This document shows, piece by piece, positions 28,431 through 36,718 of a stretch of DNA of 64,000 nt. Each line of letters starts with the position of its first letter. Position 1 is the stretch's first letter. Source of the stretch: a bacterium (lineage in GTDB: Bacteria > Actinomycetota > Acidimicrobiia > Spongiisociales > ZC4RG35); the NCBI GenBank assembly GCA_028819345.1, contig JAPPLW010000059.1, positions 3,890 to 67,889 of the forward strand. The letters run 5' to 3'. Below the pieces are notes generated by a model. That model was not told the DNA's origin, ran no database searches, and saw only the letters and a list, made by a program, of their open reading frames with translations. Made by a program: the position numbers and the translations under genes.

Positions 28431-29330
28431 CTACTCGGGAGCCCTGCCCACTTCGGCGCCCATCATGTGCTCCAAGGCCTTGACCAGGGCGTGCTGACCC
28501 TCCGATCCCAGACCCCGGTGCTGCAGCGACCGGTAGAGCTGGAACACCAGACCAGTGGTCGGCAGGGGAACGCCCAACTCGTCCCCCGCCTCCAGGACCA
28601 GGCGGATGTCCTTCTGCTGAAGGTCGATGGTGAATCCCGGGCGCCAGTCCCGAACGATCATCTGCGGTCCCCGGTTGGCCAGCATCCACGAGTTGGCCGC
28701 ACCACCGGTCAGAGCCGACAGGGCTGTCTCCAGGTCCAGCCCGCCCGCGTCGGCCAGCAGCAACGCCTCACACGCCGCTTGCATGTTCACCACCACCAGC
28801 ACCTGGTTCACCAGCTTCACCATCTGTCCCGACCCCACCGGACCGACATGGGTGATGGTTTTTCCCATCGCATCCAGATAGGGGCGCACCCTATCCAGAT
28901 CGGAGGCGTCGCCTCCCACCATGATCGACAGGGTCCCAAGCTCCGCTCCTTCGCTTCCGCCGCTCACCGGACCGTCCAGCCAGGAGCCTCCCGCCTCGGA
29001 GGCCAGACCTGCCAGACGCCGGGTCTCTGACGGGCTGATGGTGGAGTGGTCGACAACCAACGAACCCGGGGACAGCCCGGCCAGGATCCCGTCGGGCCCT
29101 TCGGTGACAGCTACCACGTCGGGAGTGTCGGCAACGCAGATCAACACCACGGTGGATTGTTCCGCCACTTCCCGGGGCGACCCCGCCGGCGAGGCGCCCA
29201 GGTCGGTCACCGGCGCCATCTTGGAAGCGGTGCGGTTCCACACCGTCACCTCGAAGCCGGCGCGCACCAGGTTGGCGGCCATCCCTCCCCCCATGATCCC
29301 CAGCCCGATGAATCCAAGCTTCTCACTCAC
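28431..29330 (-). CDS. NAD-dependent 3-hydroxyisobutyrate dehydrogenase family reductase
   Basis: Start SEKLGFIGLGIMGG (Rossmann fold) and HIBADH-family catalytic region. Start chosen at the GTG at 29330, which has AAGGAG 5 nt upstream; the ORF track extends to 29354. Confidence 0.8.
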   Translation of the reverse strand: MSEKLGFIGLGIMGGGMAANLVRAGFEVTVWNRTASKMAPVTDLGASPAGSPREVAEQSTVVLICVADTPDVVAVTEGPDGILAGLSPGSLVVDHSTISPSETRRLAGLASEAGGSWLDGPVSGGSEGAELGTLSIMVGGDASDLDRVRPYLDAMGKTITHVGPVGSGQMVKLVNQVLVVVNMQAACEALLLADAGGLDLETALSALTGGAANSWMLANRGPQMIVRDWRPGFTIDLQQKDIRLVLEAGDELGVPLPTTGLVFQLYRSLQHRGLGSEGQHALVKALEHMMGAEVGRAPE

Positions 29331-29495
29331 TCGATCTCCTTTCTCTCCCATCACAACCGGCGCCTGTCCACCCTCCAGGTTCGGGCAGGCGCCGAAGCAA
29401 CTCTTCTATCAGGCTTTCCCTTTCGAGGGTACCAACCCGGGGCCGCCCCCTGCACGGAAGGAGGACCCCCTCTTCCACCCGGCAGGGAGGTCCGG

Positions 29496-30629
29496 TCAGT
29501 AGATGCCGGGAAAGATCCGGTACTTGACCCGTTCCTGGTACTCGGCCCACTTCTCGGGGCCGTACTTCTCGGCGCAGAACCGTTCATCGTAGATTTGACG
29601 CGTCGTGAAGAACGAGACTATGAAGATGAAGTAGGTCCAGGCCCAGAGATTGCCGATGTAGCCGAACACCAGGGAGATCGAGAGGGCCAGGAACCCCTCG
29701 CCCAGGTAATTGAAGTGCCGGGCGACGCCCCAGAAACCGCTGCACAGGATCTTGCGGTCGCCCGCCTTGATGTGCACCGGGTCGATGAGCCCCAGGAACT
29801 TGCGGTCGGGCCACCGCTTGAACGTGTACTTCTGCAGATTGGCGCCCCGGCCGATCGCCCATCCCCCCAGGAACAGCACGGGCGTTCCGATCAACCAGAC
29901 ATACCTGAACGGCCCCGAGAACCCGGGGTCCGGGTGGACGGCCATGCCCCATAGGGGAAGGATGTACAGCCACCCGTAGACGATGAGCCCACCCCACATC
30001 AGCTTGAAACCGAGATTCTCGTGGATGAGGTCGTAGGTGTAAAGCTGGACTCGCTCGAAGACGAAGTAGTCCATGATGTAGAAGGTGAAGAACGCCGCAT
30101 ACAGGAAGACGCCGGGATTGGAGTCCTCACCGAATAGCTCGTAGTGATAAGCGGCTCCCGACAGGGCGTTCAATGCGAACATCGCCCCGCCGACCACGTA
30201 CAGGTACATCTTGACGTCGACCCCGAGGAACGACACCTCCCGGGCACGGCCCTCCCACAGCGCCAGCCACGTGTTCTCGTTCTCGCCCTTCGGCTGGCTG
30301 AACACCACCGCCAGGGTGAGGATCACGGCCAGGACGGTCCCGCCGGCCACGGCGTAGACCGAGGACCGGTAGAACCAGGCTCGCTCCATCCCGGTGAGTT
30401 CGAAGGCCCAAACGACCAGCACCACCACGTAGACCAAGAGACCGTTCAGCCGGTAGCGGCGAGGTTCGCCGGTCGCCGGATCGGTGACGTAGCCGGGCAC
30501 CCTTCGGGCCGGCAGTATCAGCTGCAACAGGAAGAACACTGCGAAAACCACCAGCGGGGTGAGGAACCCCGCGATCGCCTCCGAGCCGGAGAGTTCGAAA
30601 AGGTGGTCGATGCCGAGCCATTCAATCAC
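29496..30629 (-). CDS. Sterol reductase family membrane protein (ERG4/ERG24, 7-dehydrocholesterol reductase-like)
   Basis: Polytopic membrane protein. C-terminal signature GFWGVARHFNYLGEGF...YDERFCAEKYGPEKWAEYQERVKYRIFPGIY matches the eukaryotic sterol-reductase signature almost residue for residue. Confidence 0.8.
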   Translation of the reverse strand: MIEWLGIDHLFELSGSEAIAGFLTPLVVFAVFFLLQLILPARRVPGYVTDPATGEPRRYRLNGLLVYVVVLVVWAFELTGMERAWFYRSSVYAVAGGTVLAVILTLAVVFSQPKGENENTWLALWEGRAREVSFLGVDVKMYLYVVGGAMFALNALSGAAYHYELFGEDSNPGVFLYAAFFTFYIMDYFVFERVQLYTYDLIHENLGFKLMWGGLIVYGWLYILPLWGMAVHPDPGFSGPFRYVWLIGTPVLFLGGWAIGRGANLQKYTFKRWPDRKFLGLIDPVHIKAGDRKILCSGFWGVARHFNYLGEGFLALSISLVFGYIGNLWAWTYFIFIVSFFTTRQIYDERFCAEKYGPEKWAEYQERVKYRIFPGIY

Positions 30630-30906
30630 GACGGGTTACTCCTTCCTGGGGTGGAGCGATCTCCCCGATGATCGCATCCGTCGGCTTGCCGGTGGAGGGT
30701 GGCGCCTGCAGAATCGACGATGGCGGTCACCTATCCCCTTGGCTACCACCATACCGCCGGCCCATAGCCTCACCAAGGAATTGCCTCGACTTCACCGGCG
30801 CCGTGGGTCCAAGATAAAGGGAGTGTCCTGGCGGGCGCCTCACACCCGCCCGTGGCGGCCGCAAAGGCGCCGACAGGTTAGGGGGCCGAACGCCGGAGCC
30901 TGTCCT

Positions 30907-31290
30907 CTAGGCCTGGTAGAGCAGTATCAGGTTTCCACAAGTGTCGTCAAGGACGGCTTGGATAACCTGCCCTGCGCGTGTTGGTTCCCCTTTGAATGAC
31001 ACTCCTAGGGCTGTCAATCGGTCGTACTCTGCCTGGATGTCATCTACAGCAAACGCCGCTCCGGGTATGCCCTGTTGGAAGATTCCCTCCTGGTAGGTCT
31101 TGGCAACCGGGTTGTCGTTTGGTTCGAGAAGCAACTCGACGTCATCGGGTCCTTCGGGGGAGACGACAGTCAGCCACTTGAACTCCCCCACCGGGAAGTC
31201 ATGTTTCTTGACAAAACCGAGGATCTCGGTGTAGAACCTGAGGGCTTTGTCCTGATCCTCCACGAACACGCTTGTGAGGTTGATCTTCAA
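30907..31290 (-). CDS. VOC family protein (glyoxalase/bleomycin-resistance fold)
   Basis: 127 aa with VOC-type sequence (KINLTSVFVEDQDKALRFYTEILGF). Confidence 0.65.
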   Translation of the reverse strand: MKINLTSVFVEDQDKALRFYTEILGFVKKHDFPVGEFKWLTVVSPEGPDDVELLLEPNDNPVAKTYQEGIFQQGIPGAAFAVDDIQAEYDRLTALGVSFKGEPTRAGQVIQAVLDDTCGNLILLYQA

Positions 31291-31444
31291 TTGAATCCCC
31301 TGCTTTCTTCGTCTCGCCGGAACTGTCGAGGATGGCGTTTCGGCAATGATAATCCACCCCCGGGATGACCGGCCTGCCGGTCTGTTTGCCGCCGAAACCT
31401 TGATCGTTAGTGTGGCTGCTGTGCAAGCTGGAGAATTGACTTAG

Positions 31445-32962
31445 ATGAGCGAGAGACGAACGATCGGGGCCATCGACCAGGGCACCACCAGCACCCGGTT
31501 CATGATCTTCGATCACTCGGGGGCGGTGGTCGCCTCTGCGCAGCGGGAATTCCGCCAGATCCTGCCCAAGCCGGGATGGGTCGAGCACGACCCGATGGAG
31601 ATCCTCGATACCACGGAGGGAGTGGTCGACGAGGCACTCCGATCCGCGGGGTTAGGGGTCGAGGACCTGGTTGCGGTCGGGATCGCCAACCAGCGGGAGA
31701 CCACTGTCGTCTGGGACCCCACTTCCGGCAGGCCGGTGGCCAACGCCATCGTCTGGCAGGACACGAGGACCGACCGGATCTGTAAGAGACTGGCCCGGGA
31801 AGGCGGTATCGACCGGTTCCGGGACCGGACCGGCCTTCCCCTGGCCACGTACTTCAGCGGCCCGAAGGCTGCCTGGATCCTGGAAGGGGTGGATCGCGCG
31901 GCCGAGAAGGCGGCTTCGGGCCAAGCTGTCATGGGCACGGTCGACTCGTGGCTGGTCTGGAACCTCACAGGTGGAGTCGACGGGGGGAGGCACATCACCG
32001 ACGTCACCAACGCCTCGCGGACCCTGCTGATGGATCTCGACGACCTCGACTGGAGTGATGACCTGCTCGGGGCCATGGGAATTCCCCGCTCGATGATGGC
32101 CGAGGTCCTCCCCTCCATCGGTCGCGTGGGTACCGGGTCCGGCGTTCTCGAGGGCGTTCCGATCTCGGCCATCCTGGGAGACCAGCAGGCAGCGCTGTTC
32201 GGCCAGACATGCTTCCAACCCGGCGAGGCCAAGAACACCTACGGCACAGGGTGCTTTCTGCTCATGAACACGGGCCCTCGAAAGGTGCCTTCGACCCATG
32301 GCTTACTGACCACGGTCGGATACCAGATCTGCGGATCCGATCCGGTCTATGCGCTGGAAGGGTCGGTGGCGGTCACCGGGTCCCTGATCCAGTGGCTCCG
32401 TGACAACCTGGGGATGATCTCCACCGCGCCGGAGGTGGAAGCACTGGCCGCCTCGGTCCCCGACAACGGCGATGTCTACTTCGTTCCGGCCTTCTCGGGC
32501 CTCTTCGCTCCGCATTGGAGGACGGATGCCCGGGGCGTCATCACTGGCCTGACCCGGTACTCCAACAAGGGTCACATAGCCCGGGCCGCCTTGGAGGCCA
32601 CCGCCTACCAGACCCGGGAGGTCCTCGAGGCCATGCGGGCCGACTCCGGCGTGGCGCTGACCGAGTTGCGAGTGGACGGGGGCATGGTGGGCAATGATCT
32701 TCTAATGCAGTTCCAGTCGGACATCCTCGACGTCGAGGTGGTGTGCCCGCGGGTGAGCGAGACCACCGCGCTGGGCGCCGCTTACGGCGCCGGGCTTGCA
32801 GAGGGATTCTGGGCCGGCCTGGATGATCTGCGCCGCAACTGGCAGGAAGACCGGCGCTGGTCACCGCAGGTGCCGGAAGAGGCCCGGGAGGCCCGGTACG
32901 CCCGGTGGCAGAAAGCCGTGACCCGGTCTCTGGACTGGGTGGGCGACGTCTCATCGGGGTAG
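31445..32962 (+). CDS. glpK: Glycerol kinase
   Basis: [16 protein letters not shown]-terminus. 505 aa with FGGY-kinase motifs throughout. Confidence 0.9.
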   Translation: MSERRTIGAIDQGTTSTRFMIFDHSGAVVASAQREFRQILPKPGWVEHDPMEILDTTEGVVDEALRSAGLGVEDLVAVGIANQRETTVVWDPTSGRPVANAIVWQDTRTDRICKRLAREGGIDRFRDRTGLPLATYFSGPKAAWILEGVDRAAEKAASGQAVMGTVDSWLVWNLTGGVDGGRHITDVTNASRTLLMDLDDLDWSDDLLGAMGIPRSMMAEVLPSIGRVGTGSGVLEGVPISAILGDQQAALFGQTCFQPGEAKNTYGTGCFLLMNTGPRKVPSTHGLLTTVGYQICGSDPVYALEGSVAVTGSLIQWLRDNLGMISTAPEVEALAASVPDNGDVYFVPAFSGLFAPHWRTDARGVITGLTRYSNKGHIARAALEATAYQTREVLEAMRADSGVALTELRVDGGMVGNDLLMQFQSDILDVEVVCPRVSETTALGAAYGAGLAEGFWAGLDDLRRNWQEDRRWSPQVPEEAREARYARWQKAVTRSLDWVGDVSSG

Positions 32963-33054
32963 GCGCGTAGGCTCGCCGCCAGCACCTCGCGGGCGGGTTG
33001 CGTTGGAGCTGAATTGCCGCCGTCCAACACGACCTCGGGTACTCTTCGGTCGAT

Positions 33055-33636
33055 ATGTGCCACCCGGAGCCGAACAGGAGGCGGTCGCGCCGCATACTCA
33101 GAAGTAGAAGGGCGCTGGCCGCCATCCTGGCGTTGTCCATCGTCCTGGCCGGCTGCGGCGGGTCAACCGAGGAGCCAACCAGCGCCGAGGTCCCTGAAAC
33201 GACCGCGCCGACCACGACATCGGCGCCCACGACAACCACCACCGAACCACCCCCGGTGGACACCGCCCCCGCCGAAGAAGCCGCCGAAGAAGCCGCCTCC
33301 ACCTCCGACGAGCCGGTGGACATGGTGGTGCACCTCCGCGAGAAGACCATGCACCTGTGGGACGTCTACAACACCCACGACCCCGACGCACTCAAGATCT
33401 TCTACTCGGACAGCTATTGGGAAGAGGAAAAGGAAAGCCTCAGGGCAAACATGCAGCCCTTCATAAACCAGAACTTGACCTTTACCGCGGAAGAGACCTC
33501 TCCGCCCACCGAGATCGCCCCGGGCAAGTGGGAGACCAAGCACACCGCCCGCTTCCCGGGAGGGCTTGTGAACATGGTGTTCATCTACGAAGAGTTCGAC
33601 GGAACCTGGCTCCTCACCTTCGCAAAACCCCAGTAG
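33055..33636 (+). CDS. Secreted lipoprotein of unknown function (Tat-like signal, Thr/Pro-rich linker)
   Basis: RRSRRILRSRRALAAILALSIVLAGC is an RR motif plus lipobox. Then a TTAPTTTSAPTTTTTEPPP linker and a small globular domain of roughly 100 aa. Confidence 0.55.
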   Translation: MCHPEPNRRRSRRILRSRRALAAILALSIVLAGCGGSTEEPTSAEVPETTAPTTTSAPTTTTTEPPPVDTAPAEEAAEEAASTSDEPVDMVVHLREKTMHLWDVYNTHDPDALKIFYSDSYWEEEKESLRANMQPFINQNLTFTAEETSPPTEIAPGKWETKHTARFPGGLVNMVFIYEEFDGTWLLTFAKPQ

Positions 33637-33779
33637 ACCTCACAACGGCTCAACCGTGCGTTCGGGGCTCATATGCCTTTGCGATTGGCGTTTCGGATCT
33701 GACCGGCGCAACTTGGGCAAAACGGCCCGGGAGGGCAGGTTCGGTATGATCTCCTAGCCGAGCCGATCGTAGGAGTACC

Positions 33780-34574
33780 GTGCCTCTGGACTTTCCCGAC
33801 ATCTCGAAGAACCTGTTCGACCTGAGGGGCTATTGCAGCGTGGTGACCGGAGCCGGGCAGGGGATCGGCCTGGCACTCTCGAAGGGCTTGGCGAATGCCG
33901 GGAGCGACCTGGTGCTGGTGGACATGAACCCAGAGACCCTGGAGAACGCCGCCGGTGAGATAGCCGATGTCGGCCGCAACGTGTCAACCGTCCATGCCGA
34001 CGTGACCGCCGAGGACACACCCGAGCGGATCGTTCAGGCTGCTTTGGGGCTGAACGAACGGATCGACGTGCTGGTAAACAACGCCGGTGTCATGGGGTAC
34101 TCGGACATGCTGGACGTCACCGACGAGGGGTGGGACCGCATGTACGGGATAAACCTGCGCGCTCCCATGCGGATCATGCGGACGGTACTCCAGGAGATGA
34201 GCCGGGCGGGCCGGGGAAGCGTGATCAACATCGGCAGTTCCTGGTCGTCACGGGCCTCGATCTTCAACCAGGACGGAGGCGGGGTCGACTACTGCTCGGC
34301 CAAGGCCGCACTTCAGGCTCTCAGCCGGGCGGCCGCCCAGGACGTGGCGCCCTACGGGGTCCGGGTGAACGCCATCGCCCCCGGAGCGGTGGACACGCCC
34401 ATGCACGCACACCATCGCGAGTACCTGTTCTCGTATGAGAAGTACATCCCGATCGGGCGCATGCAGGTGGCAGAAGACCTGGTGGGGCCGGTGATCTTCC
34501 TGGCCTCGGACGCCGGCGCCTACGTGACGGGCCAGACCATCCACGTCAACGGCGGCATCCTGATGGTCGACTGA
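33780..34574 (+). CDS. SDR family oxidoreductase
   Basis: TGAGQGIG Rossmann motif, catalytic YxxxK region (YCSAKAAL). Confidence 0.85.
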   Translation: MPLDFPDISKNLFDLRGYCSVVTGAGQGIGLALSKGLANAGSDLVLVDMNPETLENAAGEIADVGRNVSTVHADVTAEDTPERIVQAALGLNERIDVLVNNAGVMGYSDMLDVTDEGWDRMYGINLRAPMRIMRTVLQEMSRAGRGSVINIGSSWSSRASIFNQDGGGVDYCSAKAALQALSRAAAQDVAPYGVRVNAIAPGAVDTPMHAHHREYLFSYEKYIPIGRMQVAEDLVGPVIFLASDAGAYVTGQTIHVNGGILMVD

Positions 34575-34616
34575 TATTCTCTGCGGTTGGTACCCATAAC
34601 CGACCAGGAGGATTGA

Positions 34617-35447
34617 ATGTTCACCCGCGATCAGGTGTGGCAGAGGCTGCAAGCCACCCTCGCCGAGGGCAGACCGGTCATCGGAGCGGGCGCCGGGACC
34701 GGCATTTCGGCAAAATTCGCCGAGCGGGGCGGGGCGGACCTGATCCTCATCTACAACTCGGGCCGGTACCGGATGGGAGGTCACGGATCGAATGCGGGGT
34801 TGATGCCCATCGGTGACGCCAACGCCATCGTGATGGAGATGGGCGAGAGGGAAGTCCTGCCGGTGGTGGAGAACACGCCGGTGATAGCGGGGGTGAACGG
34901 GACCGACCCCACCCGGGTGATGGACCGCTTCCTGGGACAGGTGGAGGCGATGGGCTTCTCGGGCGTCATCAACTTCCCTTCCGTGGGCTACATCGACGGG
35001 CGGTGGCGCCAGAGCCTGGAAGCCACCGGGTTCGGCTACTACCGGGAGGTGGAGATGATCCGCAAGGCCTCGGAGCGGGGACTGTTCAGCCTGGCCTACT
35101 GCTACGACCCGAAGGAGGCGCCGATGATGGCCGAGGCGGGAGTGGACGTGATGGTCGCCCACCTGGGCTTGACCACCGGCGGAAGCATCGGCGCCGACGA
35201 TTCCTTCACCACTTCTCTGGATGCCTGCGTGGAGCAGGCGATCGAGACCCGGGAGTTGTCGGAGGCGGTGAACCCCGACATCCTGGTGGTGCTGCACGGC
35301 GGTCCCCTGGAGAACCCCGGACAGGTAGACATGGTGATGCGCGCCTCCGGTTGCCCCGGCTTCATCGGCGCCAGCACCATGGAGCGCCTGCCCACCGAGG
35401 TTGCCATCGAGAACACGGTGCGAGGCTTCAAGGACATCGTCCTCTGA
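34617..35447 (+). CDS. Phosphoenolpyruvate hydrolase-like TIM-barrel protein (Tm-1 C-terminal domain-like)
   Basis: 276 aa with GAGAGTGISAKF...LILIYNSGRYRMGG, which resembles the PEP-hydrolase-like family that pairs with UPF0261. Confidence 0.6.
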   Translation: MFTRDQVWQRLQATLAEGRPVIGAGAGTGISAKFAERGGADLILIYNSGRYRMGGHGSNAGLMPIGDANAIVMEMGEREVLPVVENTPVIAGVNGTDPTRVMDRFLGQVEAMGFSGVINFPSVGYIDGRWRQSLEATGFGYYREVEMIRKASERGLFSLAYCYDPKEAPMMAEAGVDVMVAHLGLTTGGSIGADDSFTTSLDACVEQAIETRELSEAVNPDILVVLHGGPLENPGQVDMVMRASGCPGFIGASTMERLPTEVAIENTVRGFKDIVL

Positions 35448-35496
35448 GAGAGGTGTCTATCCACCGGCTCGCCTTCACCTCCCAAACCGGTCCGCA

Positions 35497-36708
35497 ATGA
35501 GTCGGGTGGTGGTGGCCGGCGCCTTCGACACGAAGGCGGAGCCACTCGGGTTGCTGGTGGAGACGCTCACCGGTATGGGGTCTCCTCCCATCACCATCGA
35601 CACGGGAGTATTCGGCGGCGACCACGGCTGTCACCATCCGGCCGGGGCCGTGGCCGAGGCGGCCGGGTACTCGCTGGGACAGGTGCCTTCTCTCGGTCAA
35701 GCCGAGGCGGTCTCGGCGATGGCCAGGGGAGCCTCGGTGATCCTCGGAGAACTGGTTGCAGACGGGAAGGTGGGCGCTCTGGTCTGTCTGGGCGGGTCCA
35801 ACGCCTCGGTGCTCTTCACCCACCTGGCGCCGGTCGTGCCGCTCGGGGTCCCCAAGGTCCTGATGGCCACCTCGGTGGCCGGGGAGACCCGGCCGCTGGT
35901 CGACGGCCGCGACGTGACGATGATCTACCCGATCGTGGACATCGAGGGCGACAACAGCATCCTCCGGGCCATGATCGCAAGGCTGGCGCGGGTGACGGTG
36001 GCCCTGTTGGGATCGGGGCCTTTGAGCGATCCGGAAGGTCCGGCCGAGTCGGTGGGGATGACGATGTACGGCCTTACCAACCCCTGCGTGACCCACTGCC
36101 GGTCGTTGCTCTCTTCGGCCGGCCTCGAATCGGTGGTGTTTCACGCCAACGGGACGGGCGGGCGGACTTTCGAGTCGTTCATCTCCCAGGGGCTCGTCTC
36201 CTCGGTGATCGACATCACCATCTCCGAGATCACCGACGAACTGTTCGGCGGCCTCTGGCCTGCGGGTCCGGAGCGGCTCCGGACCGCCGCACGGATGGGA
36301 GTCCCCCAGGTGGTGGCGCCCGGGGCGATCGACATGATCTGTGTCGGCCCCCTCTCCACTGTGCCGGAGACATTCCGCAGCCGAGCCGTCCAGTCTCACA
36401 ACGAACTGGTGACCCTGGTGCGGACCACCCCGGAGGAGAACTACCGGATGGGTCGGACGGTGGCCGAACGCCTGGGAACGCCGCAGGCCAGGACGGTGGT
36501 GCTGGTGCCCTTGAGAGGGTTCTCCGGGCTGGACGTCGAAGGGGGTCCGTTCCACGACCCCGCGGCGGTGGACGCCTTTCTGGAGGGGGTGAATTCCGGT
36601 GTGGCGCCGTCGGTGTCGGTGGTGGGAGTGGACCACCATATCAACGACCGCGAGTTCGCCGAGGCGCTGGTGGGCGAATCCGTCTCGCCGTTCGCCACCT
36701 TGAGGTAG
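35497..36708 (+). CDS. UPF0261 family protein (Tm-1 N-terminal domain-like)
   Basis: N-terminus VVVAGAFDTKAEPL, about 400 aa, immediately downstream of the PEP-hydrolase-like gene. ATG at 35497. Confidence 0.6.
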   Translation: MSRVVVAGAFDTKAEPLGLLVETLTGMGSPPITIDTGVFGGDHGCHHPAGAVAEAAGYSLGQVPSLGQAEAVSAMARGASVILGELVADGKVGALVCLGGSNASVLFTHLAPVVPLGVPKVLMATSVAGETRPLVDGRDVTMIYPIVDIEGDNSILRAMIARLARVTVALLGSGPLSDPEGPAESVGMTMYGLTNPCVTHCRSLLSSAGLESVVFHANGTGGRTFESFISQGLVSSVIDITISEITDELFGGLWPAGPERLRTAARMGVPQVVAPGAIDMICVGPLSTVPETFRSRAVQSHNELVTLVRTTPEENYRMGRTVAERLGTPQARTVVLVPLRGFSGLDVEGGPFHDPAAVDAFLEGVNSGVAPSVSVVGVDHHINDREFAEALVGESVSPFATLR

Positions 36709-36718
36709 GAAACGGGTC

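Noticed and set aside
30630-30906. GC-rich inverted repeat GGCGGGCG...CCCGCCCG between the VOC gene and the sterol reductase gene
   Set aside because: Short imperfect stem without a U-tract. Cannot be told apart from chance palindromes in GC-rich DNA.
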